A DNA stretch of 52,282 bases from Candidatus Coproplasma sp. (GTDB lineage Bacteria > Bacillota > Clostridia > Christensenellales > Borkfalkiaceae): contig JBJEUZ010000016.1 in the NCBI GenBank assembly GCA_051884095.1, positions 1 through 52,282 on the forward strand. Direction: 5' to 3'. The notes beneath the pieces were generated by a model. That model did not search any database, was not told the DNA's origin, and saw nothing but the letters and a program-made list of their open reading frames with translations. A program made the translations under genes and the position numbers. This document shows, in pieces, positions 16,821 through 25,462 of this stretch. The stretch's first letter is position 1, and each line of letters begins with the position of its first letter.

Positions 16821-19442
16821 ATGGACTTTTACAATCTTACCGCAAAACAGGCTCTTGAGCGCGTGAACTCGGACGAGAACGGACTTTCGTCCGAAGAGGC
16901 GGCAAAACGCCTTGAAGAGCGCGGCGCGAACCGACTTACCGAGGCGAAGAAAAAACCGATTATAATAAAAATACTTGCGCAGTTTGCCGACCCTATGATT
17001 ATCGTACTGCTGATTGCGGCGGCGGTGACGGCGACGTTTTCGGTAATAGGCGGCGACTATGCCGACCTTATCGACGCGGGCGTAATACTTGCGATTGTAG
17101 CAATCAACGCAGCAATCGGATTCGTGCAGGAGAACAGGGCGGAAAACGCGCTGGAGGCATTGAAGGCGGTCAATAAGCCCTTTTCGAAGGTCAGGCGCGG
17201 GGGAGAAATAACCGTAGTGCCGTCGGAGGAATTGGTGGCGGGCGACGTGGTAATTTTAGAGGCGGGAGACGTTATACCCGCGGATATGCGGCTTTTAAGC
17301 TGTTCTTCGCTCAAGTGCGACGAAGCGGCGCTTACGGGCGAGAGCCTGCCCGCAGAAAAGGACGCGCTGGCGGTATGCGCCGAGAACACGCCGATAGGCG
17401 ACAGAAAAAACTGCGCCTTTTCGGGCAGTACGGTAACTTACGGCAGGGGCTGCGGCGTGGTATGCGCAACGGGAATGGACACGCAGACGGGCAAAATAGC
17501 AAAGATGCTTTCCCAAACGAGGGAAGCGCCCTCGCCGTTAAGCCGACAGCTTGCAAGGACGGCTAAAATTTTATCCGCCGTCGTGCTTGCGGTAGCGCTG
17601 GCGATTTTTATAGTTGCGGTATGCCGCAGGGAGGATATTTCGACGGCGTTTATGACCTCGGTTGCGATAGCCGTCGCCGCCATTCCCGAAGGTCTGCCAG
17701 CAGTTGTAACCATAGTGCTTGCCATGGGCGTGCAGAAGATGAGCAGGCGCAACGCAATAGTAAAAAACCTGCCCGCCGTGGAGACGCTGGGGTGCTGTCA
17801 GGTTATATGCACGGATAAGACGGGCACGCTCACCCTGAACAGGATGACCGTAAAGGACGCATACTGTCCGTCGGGTAACAGCGAAGCGTTAACGCGAATT
17901 ATGGCGCTGTGCAACGACTCCGCACAGACCGCAGCAGGACTTACGGGCGACCCCACGGAGACCGCGCTCGTCGACTACTATATCTCGAACGGCGGCGACC
18001 ATGCCGCGCTGAACGCGCGATATCCGCGCGTAGACGAAAGGCCGTTCGACAGCGTGAGAAAACTTATGACCACCGTGCACTCGGACGGCGATAAAAAATT
18101 TTCCTGCACGAAGGGCGCGCCCGATATGTTGATTGCGCGCTGTACGCGCATACTGACCGCCGACGGCGTCCGGCCCCTTACCGACGTCGACCGAAAGCAA
18201 ATTTATGAGGCGAATTCGGCTATGGCGAAGCGCGCGCTGCGCGTGCTGGCGGCGGCATACCGCGAGGACGGAGATACGTGCGAAGAGGATTTGATTTTCG
18301 TCGGGCTGACGGGAATGATAGACCCGCCGAGAAAGGAAGTGAAATCGGCTGTAGCCAAGTGCCGAAGAGCGGGCATAAAGCCGGTTATGATTACGGGCGA
18401 CCACCCCGACACCGCCCGTGCGATTGCGCGCGAGCTGGATATTTTACGCGACGGAGATTTGACCGCTACGGGCGCGGAGCTGGACGAAATGACCGACGAA
18501 TATCTGCGGGGGAACATTCAAAATTACTCGGTATTCGCCAGGGTCAGTCCCGAAAATAAGGTGCGCATAGTCAAGGCGTTCCGAGAGAACGGAAAGGTTT
18601 GCGCAATGACGGGCGACGGCGTAAACGACGCGCCGTCCATAAAGCAAGCCGACATAGGCATAGGTATGGGAATAACCGGCACGCAGGTCAGCAAACAGGC
18701 GGCGGACGTGGTGCTTACCGACGACAACTTCGCCACGATAGTGGGCGCGGTTGAAGAGGGCAGAAAGATTTACGCAAACGTCACCAAGGCGATACAGTTT
18801 TTGCTTTCGGCAAACATTGCGGAAGTTTTGTGCCTGTTCATAGCCTCGGTAATTCTCGACGTGCAGTTTCTGACGCCCGTAATGCTGCTATGGGTAAACC
18901 TTGTAACCGACTCCTTCCCCGCCCTTGCGCTGGGCGCCGAGAGAGCCGAGAAGGACGTTATGGCCAAGCCGCCGAGGAGGAGCGACAAGTCGCTGTTTTT
19001 CGGCGAAACGGGCAAAAATATAGTAATTCAGGGCATAATGCAGACCTGCCTTGTAATGTTTGCATTCTGTATGGGCAACTACGTTCTGCCCGACGGCTCC
19101 GCCGACCACGACGTGCCTATGACTATGGCGTTTGTTTCGCTGTGCTTTATTCAGCTGTTCCACTCCTTCAATCTTCGTTCGCAGAGCGCAAGCGTTTTAA
19201 ACCGCTCGCTGTTTTCAAACAGATATTTAAACCTTTCCGCGCTTTTCGGAGTTGTGCTCACGCTTGCGGCGGCGCTCGTTCCCGCGATGAACTCAATCTT
19301 TCACACGGCAAGCCTGAATTGGGTTGAATGGCTGATATCGATAGGCGCGGCTACGGCGATTATCCCGCTTGTGGAAATGCAAAAGCTGATTAGAAAACTT
19401 ATAAAGAAAAGATGCGACAAAAATTTGGAAATTACCCCTTGA
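16821..19442 (+). CDS. P-type cation-transporting ATPase (type II, Ca2+/Mn2+ efflux-like)
   Basis: 873 aa. Motifs present: TGES (LTGESLP), phosphorylation site ICTDKTGTLTLN, MITGDHP and TGDGVNDAPSIKQADIG. About 10 TM segments. Confidence 0.95.
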   Translation: MDFYNLTAKQALERVNSDENGLSSEEAAKRLEERGANRLTEAKKKPIIIKILAQFADPMIIVLLIAAAVTATFSVIGGDYADLIDAGVILAIVAINAAIGFVQENRAENALEALKAVNKPFSKVRRGGEITVVPSEELVAGDVVILEAGDVIPADMRLLSCSSLKCDEAALTGESLPAEKDALAVCAENTPIGDRKNCAFSGSTVTYGRGCGVVCATGMDTQTGKIAKMLSQTREAPSPLSRQLARTAKILSAVVLAVALAIFIVAVCRREDISTAFMTSVAIAVAAIPEGLPAVVTIVLAMGVQKMSRRNAIVKNLPAVETLGCCQVICTDKTGTLTLNRMTVKDAYCPSGNSEALTRIMALCNDSAQTAAGLTGDPTETALVDYYISNGGDHAALNARYPRVDERPFDSVRKLMTTVHSDGDKKFSCTKGAPDMLIARCTRILTADGVRPLTDVDRKQIYEANSAMAKRALRVLAAAYREDGDTCEEDLIFVGLTGMIDPPRKEVKSAVAKCRRAGIKPVMITGDHPDTARAIARELDILRDGDLTATGAELDEMTDEYLRGNIQNYSVFARVSPENKVRIVKAFRENGKVCAMTGDGVNDAPSIKQADIGIGMGITGTQVSKQAADVVLTDDNFATIVGAVEEGRKIYANVTKAIQFLLSANIAEVLCLFIASVILDVQFLTPVMLLWVNLVTDSFPALALGAERAEKDVMAKPPRRSDKSLFFGETGKNIVIQGIMQTCLVMFAFCMGNYVLPDGSADHDVPMTMAFVSLCFIQLFHSFNLRSQSASVLNRSLFSNRYLNLSALFGVVLTLAAALVPAMNSIFHTASLNWVEWLISIGAATAIIPLVEMQKLIRKLIKKRCDKNLEITP

Positions 19443-19496
19443 TTTAATGAAAGAAATGTTGTATGATATATAGGATGAAAATTCGGGGGTATTATT

Positions 19497-20252
19497 ATGA
19501 TTTTAGACAAGTTCAGTTTAAAGGATAAGGTTGCCATCGTTACGGGCTCGAACACGGGGCTCGGACAGGGCATCTGCAAGGCGTACGTTGAAGCGGGCGC
19601 AAAGGTTGTGGGGGTTTCGCGCAGACCTTCTACCGAAACCGAAGAGCTTTTGGGCAAGGAAAACTTTTACAACGTGATTGCAGACCTTTCTTCCTGCGAC
19701 GTCATCGACGCGGTGATTGAAAAGACGCTTGAACGCTTCGGCAGGATAGACATTCTGGTTAACAACGCGGGAATTATCAAGAGGCAGGATTCGATTGAAT
19801 TTTCCGAAGAGAACTGGGACAGCGTTATCAACGTAAACTTAAAGACGGTGTTCTTTTTAACCCAGGCGGTTGCGCAGCAGTTTTTAAAGCAGAACTCGGG
19901 CGGCAAGATTATAAATATCGCGTCCATGCTATCATATCAGGGCGGCATACGCGTGCCTTCGTACACCGCTTCCAAATCGGCGATTCGCGGAATTACGATG
20001 ACGCTTGCCAACGAATGGGCTAAGTACGGCATAAACGTAAACGGAATAGCGCCCGGATATATGGCTACCAACAACACTCAACAGCTCCGTCAGGACGAGG
20101 ACAGGAGCGCGGACATACTTGCGCGTATTCCTGCGGGCAGATGGGGCACGCCCGAGGACCTTGAAGGCGCGGCGGTATTCCTCGCTTCCTCCGCTTCGGA
20201 CTACGTTAACGGCTTTACCCTTGCGGTAGACGGCGGTTGGCTGGGAAGATAA
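19497..20252 (+). CDS. kduD: 2-dehydro-3-deoxy-D-gluconate 5-dehydrogenase (SDR family)
   Basis: 251 aa. The N-terminus MILDKFSLKDKVAIVTGSNTGLGQG closely parallels E. coli KduD (MILSAFSLEGKVAVVTGCDTGLGQG). The YxxxK catalytic motif is YTASK. Confidence 0.85.
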   Translation: MILDKFSLKDKVAIVTGSNTGLGQGICKAYVEAGAKVVGVSRRPSTETEELLGKENFYNVIADLSSCDVIDAVIEKTLERFGRIDILVNNAGIIKRQDSIEFSEENWDSVINVNLKTVFFLTQAVAQQFLKQNSGGKIINIASMLSYQGGIRVPSYTASKSAIRGITMTLANEWAKYGINVNGIAPGYMATNNTQQLRQDEDRSADILARIPAGRWGTPEDLEGAAVFLASSASDYVNGFTLAVDGGWLGR

Positions 20253-20311
20253 AATTAATTTCGGATTTGTTCGCCTGCGATCTTTACGATTTTAGACGTT
20301 GCAAATAATTT

Positions 20312-20351
20312 AAAATGCCGAAGTTGCGGTATAGCAACTTCGGCATTTTTT
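20312..20351. terminator. Bidirectional intrinsic terminator between kduD and the convergent deacetylase gene
   Basis: aaaATGCCGAAGTTGC-ggtata-GCAACTTCGGCATttttt: a 13-bp perfect stem flanked by an A-run and a T-run. Confidence 0.8.
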
Positions 20352-20362
20352 ATTTATTAAAA

Positions 20363-21217
20363 CTATTCCTTATCGAATTTTACCGTTTCGCCTGCGCCTA
20401 TGCGGTAAACTTTTCCGCGAATTTCTACCCAGACGGGCATATATGAGCCGTTGAATACCCTTTCGCCGTCGATGGAATATCTCAAAGCCCTGTATGATTG
20501 CACGTAGTTATAAATTTCGATATTGGTCGCAAACCAGATATCCTTTCTGCCCGCAACCTTTTTGCCCAAATTTTCGATAATATCCCAGTTATCGTTGTCG
20601 TCGAATTCGTACGAATGACCCCAGATATAGAACAGCCAGGGCTCGCGCATCTTAAATTCGTCCTCGGGCGAGCTGTTTATGAATTTTTCCGTCAGCGCGC
20701 CAAGCTCCGGGTCGCCGTGATGGCAGGTGGGATTTAGCTCCAGCCAGTCCTCGGGCAACGCAAAGGTATGAGTCGAGGCGGTCGTTCGGGCATATCTGAC
20801 GCCCAACATTTCCAGCACGCGCTTTACTTCGGCGTTGTAGCCGTTGTAGGCGTAAGCCATTCCCTCTATAATCCTTTCAAACTTATTTTCCAGCCAGACG
20901 CGGTTTTCGCCGACCTCTTTGACCGCTTCGGGCAGGGGCACTTTGTTTAAAAATATGTGCCTTGCGCCGTGCAGAGCCACCTCGTGCGGGGTATTTACGA
21001 AGGCGTTATACGTCTGCTCCTCGTCCATTCTTCCGTGCCAGTTTTCGCAGTCGAACAGCTCGGAATTGAGATTGAACGTGCCCTTGAGCCCGTACTCTTC
21101 AAATATCTTCATAAGGCGCAGGTCCGCCTTTATGCCGTCGTCGTAGGAAAAGGTTATCGCCTTCGAAAGCCCTTCGGGAAAGCGCATGAATTTTTCTTCG
21201 AACATCTGTCTTTTCAT
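20363..21217 (-). CDS. Polysaccharide deacetylase family protein (CE4-like), cytoplasmic
   Basis: 284 aa. The NodB-type motif ITFSYDDGIKADLRLMKIFEEYGLKGTFNLN is present, with histidines downstream (ALHGARH). Confidence 0.75.
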   Translation of the reverse strand: MKRQMFEEKFMRFPEGLSKAITFSYDDGIKADLRLMKIFEEYGLKGTFNLNSELFDCENWHGRMDEEQTYNAFVNTPHEVALHGARHIFLNKVPLPEAVKEVGENRVWLENKFERIIEGMAYAYNGYNAEVKRVLEMLGVRYARTTASTHTFALPEDWLELNPTCHHGDPELGALTEKFINSSPEDEFKMREPWLFYIWGHSYEFDDNDNWDIIENLGKKVAGRKDIWFATNIEIYNYVQSYRALRYSIDGERVFNGSYMPVWVEIRGKVYRIGAGETVKFDKE

Positions 21218-21254
21218 AGTTTACCCCCTGTATATATAGAGTCTGACTTACCTC

Positions 21255-22724
21255 TTAGCCGTCTTTTTCCTCGGTCGGGGCAGCACATGCCGCTCCCTCG
21301 CTCTGCCTTGCGCCTATAAGTCCCGAAGCCTTCTTCCACCTGCCCGAAAGTATGCGCACGCCGAAGAATACCGAGCGTAGCACCCAGTCGGAAACCATTC
21401 CTATCCACAGTCCCATCGCACCCAGACGGAAGGGAAGATATTCCGTGCACATTAAAAAACTTAAGCCCACGCGCATTAACGCCATAGAGGTTACGGCGCA
21501 TACCATAGTGTAACGCACGTCGCTGGTCGCCTTTAACACGGCGGGTCCGCCGAACGACAAGGGATAGGTTACCAGCTGAACCGCAAAACATAAGTGCAGG
21601 CAGTTCTGCGCGATAGCCGCCGCCTCCGCCGTTATGTCGTTGCCGAAAAAGCCTATTAAAAGGGGCGACAGCGCCCAGGTCAGTCCGACGCACAGCGCGT
21701 TGCCGATATAGGAGATGGCGAACGTCTTTTTTATATAGAACCGCACGCAGTCCTCGTCGCCCGTGCCGACTGCCTGCCCCACGACGGTCAAAATGGACGT
21801 ATTGACGCCGTTGCCGATAATAGAGCCTATCGTGTTGATATTGAGCGATACTGCTGCGGCGACGTTTTGGTTGTTTACCAGAACGCCGTTTACCGAAGTT
21901 TCGTAAAAGCCGTTGGCTACGAACGAAGCCGTCATCAGCTTTCCTATCTGGAAAAGACAGCTCTCTATTCCGCTGGGTATGGCGAGAATTAAAATGCGCT
22001 TAATCATCTTCCATTCGAAGCGGAACTTTTCGAAAAATTTTATGCGAACCAGGTTATTTTTGTTTGCAAGCAGAACCGAGAGGAACACCGCGGGGAAAAT
22101 GCGCGAAAGGCAGGTTGCCAGCGCCGCGCCGAAGATGCCCATATCCAGAGCGAAGATAAACAGGGCGTTGAGCCCTACGTTGAGCGCAAAACTTATTGCC
22201 GCGCTGGTCATAGTGTTCATACTCTTGCGCTGGGCGCGAAGAATCGCCGCGGAGGCGTAGAACACCGCAAGCAGAGGATACGACGCCGCCATAAGATAGA
22301 AATAGGTGTACGAATAATCCTTATATATGGGGTCGTTACTTGAATAAATGACGTCGATTATCTGGTGATTGAGCCCCAGACATACGCCCATTACCACGAC
22401 CGAAGCCAGAAACATTAAGACGTATAGCTGTTTCGCGCTCCTGTTAGCCTCGTCCACCTTTCCCGCGCCGAGGTATTGCGAGGTAATAATCGCTCCGCCC
22501 GTGCCGAACGCCGCAAACAGCTGAACCATAACGTTGGAAATCTGGTCGACGTTGGTAACCGCGCTCATCGCCGTGCCGTATTCGCCTATGCCTTTTACCA
22601 TAAACGAATCCACAAGCCCCAAGGACATTGTGAGCGCGGACTCGATTACTATCGGCAAAATCAGCCTGAACAGCGCCGCGTTTGTGAACAGATTGAATTT
22701 TTTTCTTTTTACTACCGCCTGCAT
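21255..22724 (-). CDS. MATE family efflux transporter
   Basis: 489 aa with about 12 TM segments. The N-terminus LFRLILPIVIESALTMSLGLVDSFMV is typical of MATE/NorM proteins. Confidence 0.85.
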   Translation of the reverse strand: MQAVVKRKKFNLFTNAALFRLILPIVIESALTMSLGLVDSFMVKGIGEYGTAMSAVTNVDQISNVMVQLFAAFGTGGAIITSQYLGAGKVDEANRSAKQLYVLMFLASVVVMGVCLGLNHQIIDVIYSSNDPIYKDYSYTYFYLMAASYPLLAVFYASAAILRAQRKSMNTMTSAAISFALNVGLNALFIFALDMGIFGAALATCLSRIFPAVFLSVLLANKNNLVRIKFFEKFRFEWKMIKRILILAIPSGIESCLFQIGKLMTASFVANGFYETSVNGVLVNNQNVAAAVSLNINTIGSIIGNGVNTSILTVVGQAVGTGDEDCVRFYIKKTFAISYIGNALCVGLTWALSPLLIGFFGNDITAEAAAIAQNCLHLCFAVQLVTYPLSFGGPAVLKATSDVRYTMVCAVTSMALMRVGLSFLMCTEYLPFRLGAMGLWIGMVSDWVLRSVFFGVRILSGRWKKASGLIGARQSEGAACAAPTEEKDG

Positions 22725-22833
22725 TGTTTCACTATTATATAACCTTAAACCTCAAAAGTAAAGGGGCGCAGGGCACATTTTTGTTTTTTTGCAAATATTT
22801 ATTCATAAATTCTATTCATTTATGCAAAGCGGG

Positions 22834-22862
22834 TTGACAGTTAAGTAAAGGAAATATAAAAT
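22834..22862 (+). promoter_or_regulatory. Candidate promoter positioned to give a leaderless yitT-like mRNA
   Basis: TTGACA (22834-22839), 17-nt spacer, TAAAAT (22857-22862). The ATG at 22870 starts 8 nt after the -10 hexamer, and there is no SD between them. Confidence 0.45.
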
Positions 22863-22869
22863 ATTGGGT

Positions 22870-23808
22870 ATGGACAAAAAGTTTAACTCTTCCGCGGTTG
22901 CGGACAAAAAGACTGTAACAAAAGATTTTTTTAAACGCTACGCAATAATTACTTTAGGTTGCTTACTCTACTCCGTGGGCGTAACCGTCTTTCTTGAGGC
23001 GGGCGGACTTGCCGCGGGCGGCGCTACGGGCATTGCGCTGATAGTATCTTACGCCTTGAACCAGACCGTAGGCGCAGGCTGGTGGACGCCGGGCGCGCTG
23101 GTGTTTATTATAAACGTGCCTATGTTCATACTCACCTGGATATTCTTCGGCAAGCGGTGCTTTTTTTCGACCCTGTACGTTGTGGGGCTTACCTCCGCGC
23201 TGATGAGCCTGTGGGATATGGTTTTAACGCCTTATCTGCCGCTGGACGAAAGCCAGATTTTCAACGCCGTGACGGGCGGAGCCGTGTTCGGAACGGGCGC
23301 GGGAATGATTTTCAGAATGGGCGCGACCACGGGCGGAACCGACGTGCCCGTAAAAATTTTAAGGAAGAAATTCCGCCACCTCAGCACGGGCGCAATCGCA
23401 ATGGTTACCGACATAATAGTCGTTGCGTCGTCGTTCTTCGTTTACAACAGCTTTTCCGTGCTGTTTTTTACGGTAGTTTCGACGGTTGTGTTTAAGTTCG
23501 TGTTCGATTGGGTGCTGTACGGCGGCAACTCGGCAAAGATGGTTTACGTCATCTCCGAAAACGAAAAGGCGCAAAGAATCAGCAAGCGAGTTTTGACCGA
23601 GCTTGACACGGGCGCGACCTTTATAGACGCCGAGGGCGCGTATACGGGCGCGGAAAAGCGCATTCTGTTGTGCGTAGTCAAGCCCTTCAACTACCCCAAA
23701 CTGCGCGACATCGCGCACGAGGAGGACAAGAACGCGTTCATCATCGTTTCGTCCGCAAAGGAAATTTACGGCGAGGGCTACCGCAACCCCGACGACGCGG
23801 AGGTGTAA
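22870..23808 (+). CDS. YitT family membrane protein (DUF2179 C-terminal domain)
   Basis: About 312 aa. Multi-pass N-terminal region (YAIITLGCLLYSVGV) and a soluble C-terminal domain. I prefer the ATG at 22870 to the TTG at 22864. Confidence 0.75.
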   Translation: MDKKFNSSAVADKKTVTKDFFKRYAIITLGCLLYSVGVTVFLEAGGLAAGGATGIALIVSYALNQTVGAGWWTPGALVFIINVPMFILTWIFFGKRCFFSTLYVVGLTSALMSLWDMVLTPYLPLDESQIFNAVTGGAVFGTGAGMIFRMGATTGGTDVPVKILRKKFRHLSTGAIAMVTDIIVVASSFFVYNSFSVLFFTVVSTVVFKFVFDWVLYGGNSAKMVYVISENEKAQRISKRVLTELDTGATFIDAEGAYTGAEKRILLCVVKPFNYPKLRDIAHEEDKNAFIIVSSAKEIYGEGYRNPDDAEV

Positions 23809-24600
23809 ATGAAAGAACTTGAAAAAAACTTTAGAAGCGCGCTGTACCCGCTGTTTGAAAATTCCTCCGACACGCTTATCGACAGCTGTCTGCAGGGCTA
23901 CTGCGGAAGGGCGTTCGTTAGCGCCGCGGCGGACGGAGCGGAAAAGGTAGGCGACTTATCTACGCTTGGCGCAGCTGTGGCGTGCGGAGACTTTATATAC
24001 TTTGGCGGAAGAGCGGACGGAGATTTTTTAAAAGAAATTTTATTTGAATGCCCCGTTCCCAAAAATCTGGTACCGATGAACGGAGAATGGTGCGATTGCA
24101 TAGCGCATATATGCGGGGCAAACGCGAAGAGGACAACCCGCTTTGCAACCGCAAAGGGCACGACGTTCGACAAGAAATATCTTAAAAGCTGCGCTACCGC
24201 GCCCGAAGGCTTTAAAATAGAGCGCGTAGACGGCAGAATATTCAACTTATTCGCGGGGGAGAAATGGAGCCGCGATTTTACGGCAAACTTTGCCGATTTT
24301 GAACAGTTTGAGCGATTGGGCGCGGGATATGCCGCCACCTTTGAAGGCAGGGCGGTTGCGGGCGCCTGCTCGTACTCGGTATGCGACGGCGCGATAGAGG
24401 TGCAGATTATTACCCATCCCTGCTTCCGCAAGAAGGGGCTGGCGCGCGCGTGCTCGGCAAGCCTCATACTCGACTGTATAGAGCGGGGAATATACCCCAA
24501 CTGGGACGCAGAACACGCCGCCTCGCTGCACATAGCGCAGTCGCTGGGATACGAGTTCTTGCGCGAATATACCGCGTTCGTCCTTTCCGACCGAGAGTAA
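23809..24600 (+). CDS. GNAT family N-acetyltransferase
   Basis: 263 aa. The C-terminal acetyl-CoA binding-type segment reads IEVQIITHPCFRKKGLARACSASLI. Its start codon immediately follows the yitT-like stop. Confidence 0.65.
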   Translation: MKELEKNFRSALYPLFENSSDTLIDSCLQGYCGRAFVSAAADGAEKVGDLSTLGAAVACGDFIYFGGRADGDFLKEILFECPVPKNLVPMNGEWCDCIAHICGANAKRTTRFATAKGTTFDKKYLKSCATAPEGFKIERVDGRIFNLFAGEKWSRDFTANFADFEQFERLGAGYAATFEGRAVAGACSYSVCDGAIEVQIITHPCFRKKGLARACSASLILDCIERGIYPNWDAEHAASLHIAQSLGYEFLREYTAFVLSDRE

Positions 24601-24650
24601 ATTTCAGGAAACTGACAGGGCGACAATCTATAACTTCAGAAAAATTCAGT

Positions 24651-24702
24651 TGCGGCGCGGCGATAAAAATTTATCGCCGCGCCGCAAATTTTATTTGTTT
24701 TT
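24651..24702 (+). terminator. Intrinsic terminator of the yitT-GNAT unit
   Basis: 17-bp stem TGCGGCGCGGCGATAAA / TTTATCGCCGCGCCGCA followed by AATTTTATTTGTTTTTT. Confidence 0.8.
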
Positions 24703-24704
24703 TA

Positions 24705-25405
24705 ATCAGAACTACGCGTTCAACGCGTAGTTTGCACAAGCCCTAAAATGGCATGGTACCGGCAGCGCTATTCGCGCGGTGAAGAAGCTGCCAACCGCAA
24801 TTTTTTTCAGGCTGCTGCTAAAGCAGCCTTATTTTTTGCCTTCTTCACCGAACGGGTCTATATACTCTTTTATTGTCAATTGTTCCGACGCTTGGTCTTC
24901 TTGCAATTGATTTTGTATATATTCCGCTATTTTCTTTTCATTCCGTCCTACCGTGCTTACATAATATCCTTTACACCAGAAATGTCTGTTTCCGTATTTG
25001 TATTTTAAGTTCGCAAACTTATCGAATATCATCAGACTGCTTTTACCTTTCAGATACCCCATCACTTGCGCTATACTATACTTTGGCGGTATGACAATCA
25101 ACATATGGATATGGTCTGGACACGCATTTGCTTCCAAAATTTCTATCCCTTTATATTCGCATAGTTTACGCAATATTTTCCCTATTTCGCTTTTAATTTT
25201 TCCATAGATTACCTGTCTGCGAAATTTTGGAGCAAATACTACGTGATACTTGCATTCATACTTGCAATGTGTTAAACTTAATTCACTCATTTTGAGCCCT
25301 CCTTTGATTTTTGTTTGCGGTTGGTAGCCACATTCATTGTATCATTGGAGGATTTTCTTTTCAACGCTTCCGCTTTTTTTGCCTCCCGCATAGCGGGAGG
25401 TTGTC
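24705..25405 (-). mobile_element. IS200-type insertion sequence (IS200/IS605 family, tnpA only). Boundaries are approximate.
   Basis: The ~700-bp AT-rich block matches canonical IS200 size. Subterminal perfect hairpins are ACTACGCG-ttcaa-CGCGTAGT (24711-24731) and CCTCCCGC-ata-GCGGGAGG (25382-25400). It encloses a Y1 transposase gene and sits between two convergent host terminators. Confidence 0.7.
24829..25290 (-). CDS. tnpA: IS200/IS605 family Y1 (HUH) transposase
   Basis: 153 aa. It starts CKYECKYHVVFAPKFRRQVIYG, has the HUH motif PDHIHMLI and the catalytic Tyr region GYYVSTVG. Confidence 0.95.
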   Translation of the reverse strand: MSELSLTHCKYECKYHVVFAPKFRRQVIYGKIKSEIGKILRKLCEYKGIEILEANACPDHIHMLIVIPPKYSIAQVMGYLKGKSSLMIFDKFANLKYKYGNRHFWCKGYYVSTVGRNEKKIAEYIQNQLQEDQASEQLTIKEYIDPFGEEGKK

Positions 25406-25420
25406 TTTTTACAATGCAAA

Positions 25421-25452
25421 GCCGCGGCGCGCAAATTCAGGCGCGCCGCGGC
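25421..25452 (-). terminator. Hairpin downstream of the alcohol dehydrogenase gene
   Basis: GCCGCGGCGCGC-aaattcag-GCGCGCCGCGGC. The minus-strand tail UUUGCAUUG is weak. Confidence 0.5.
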
Positions 25453-25462
25453 AGAATTTTGT

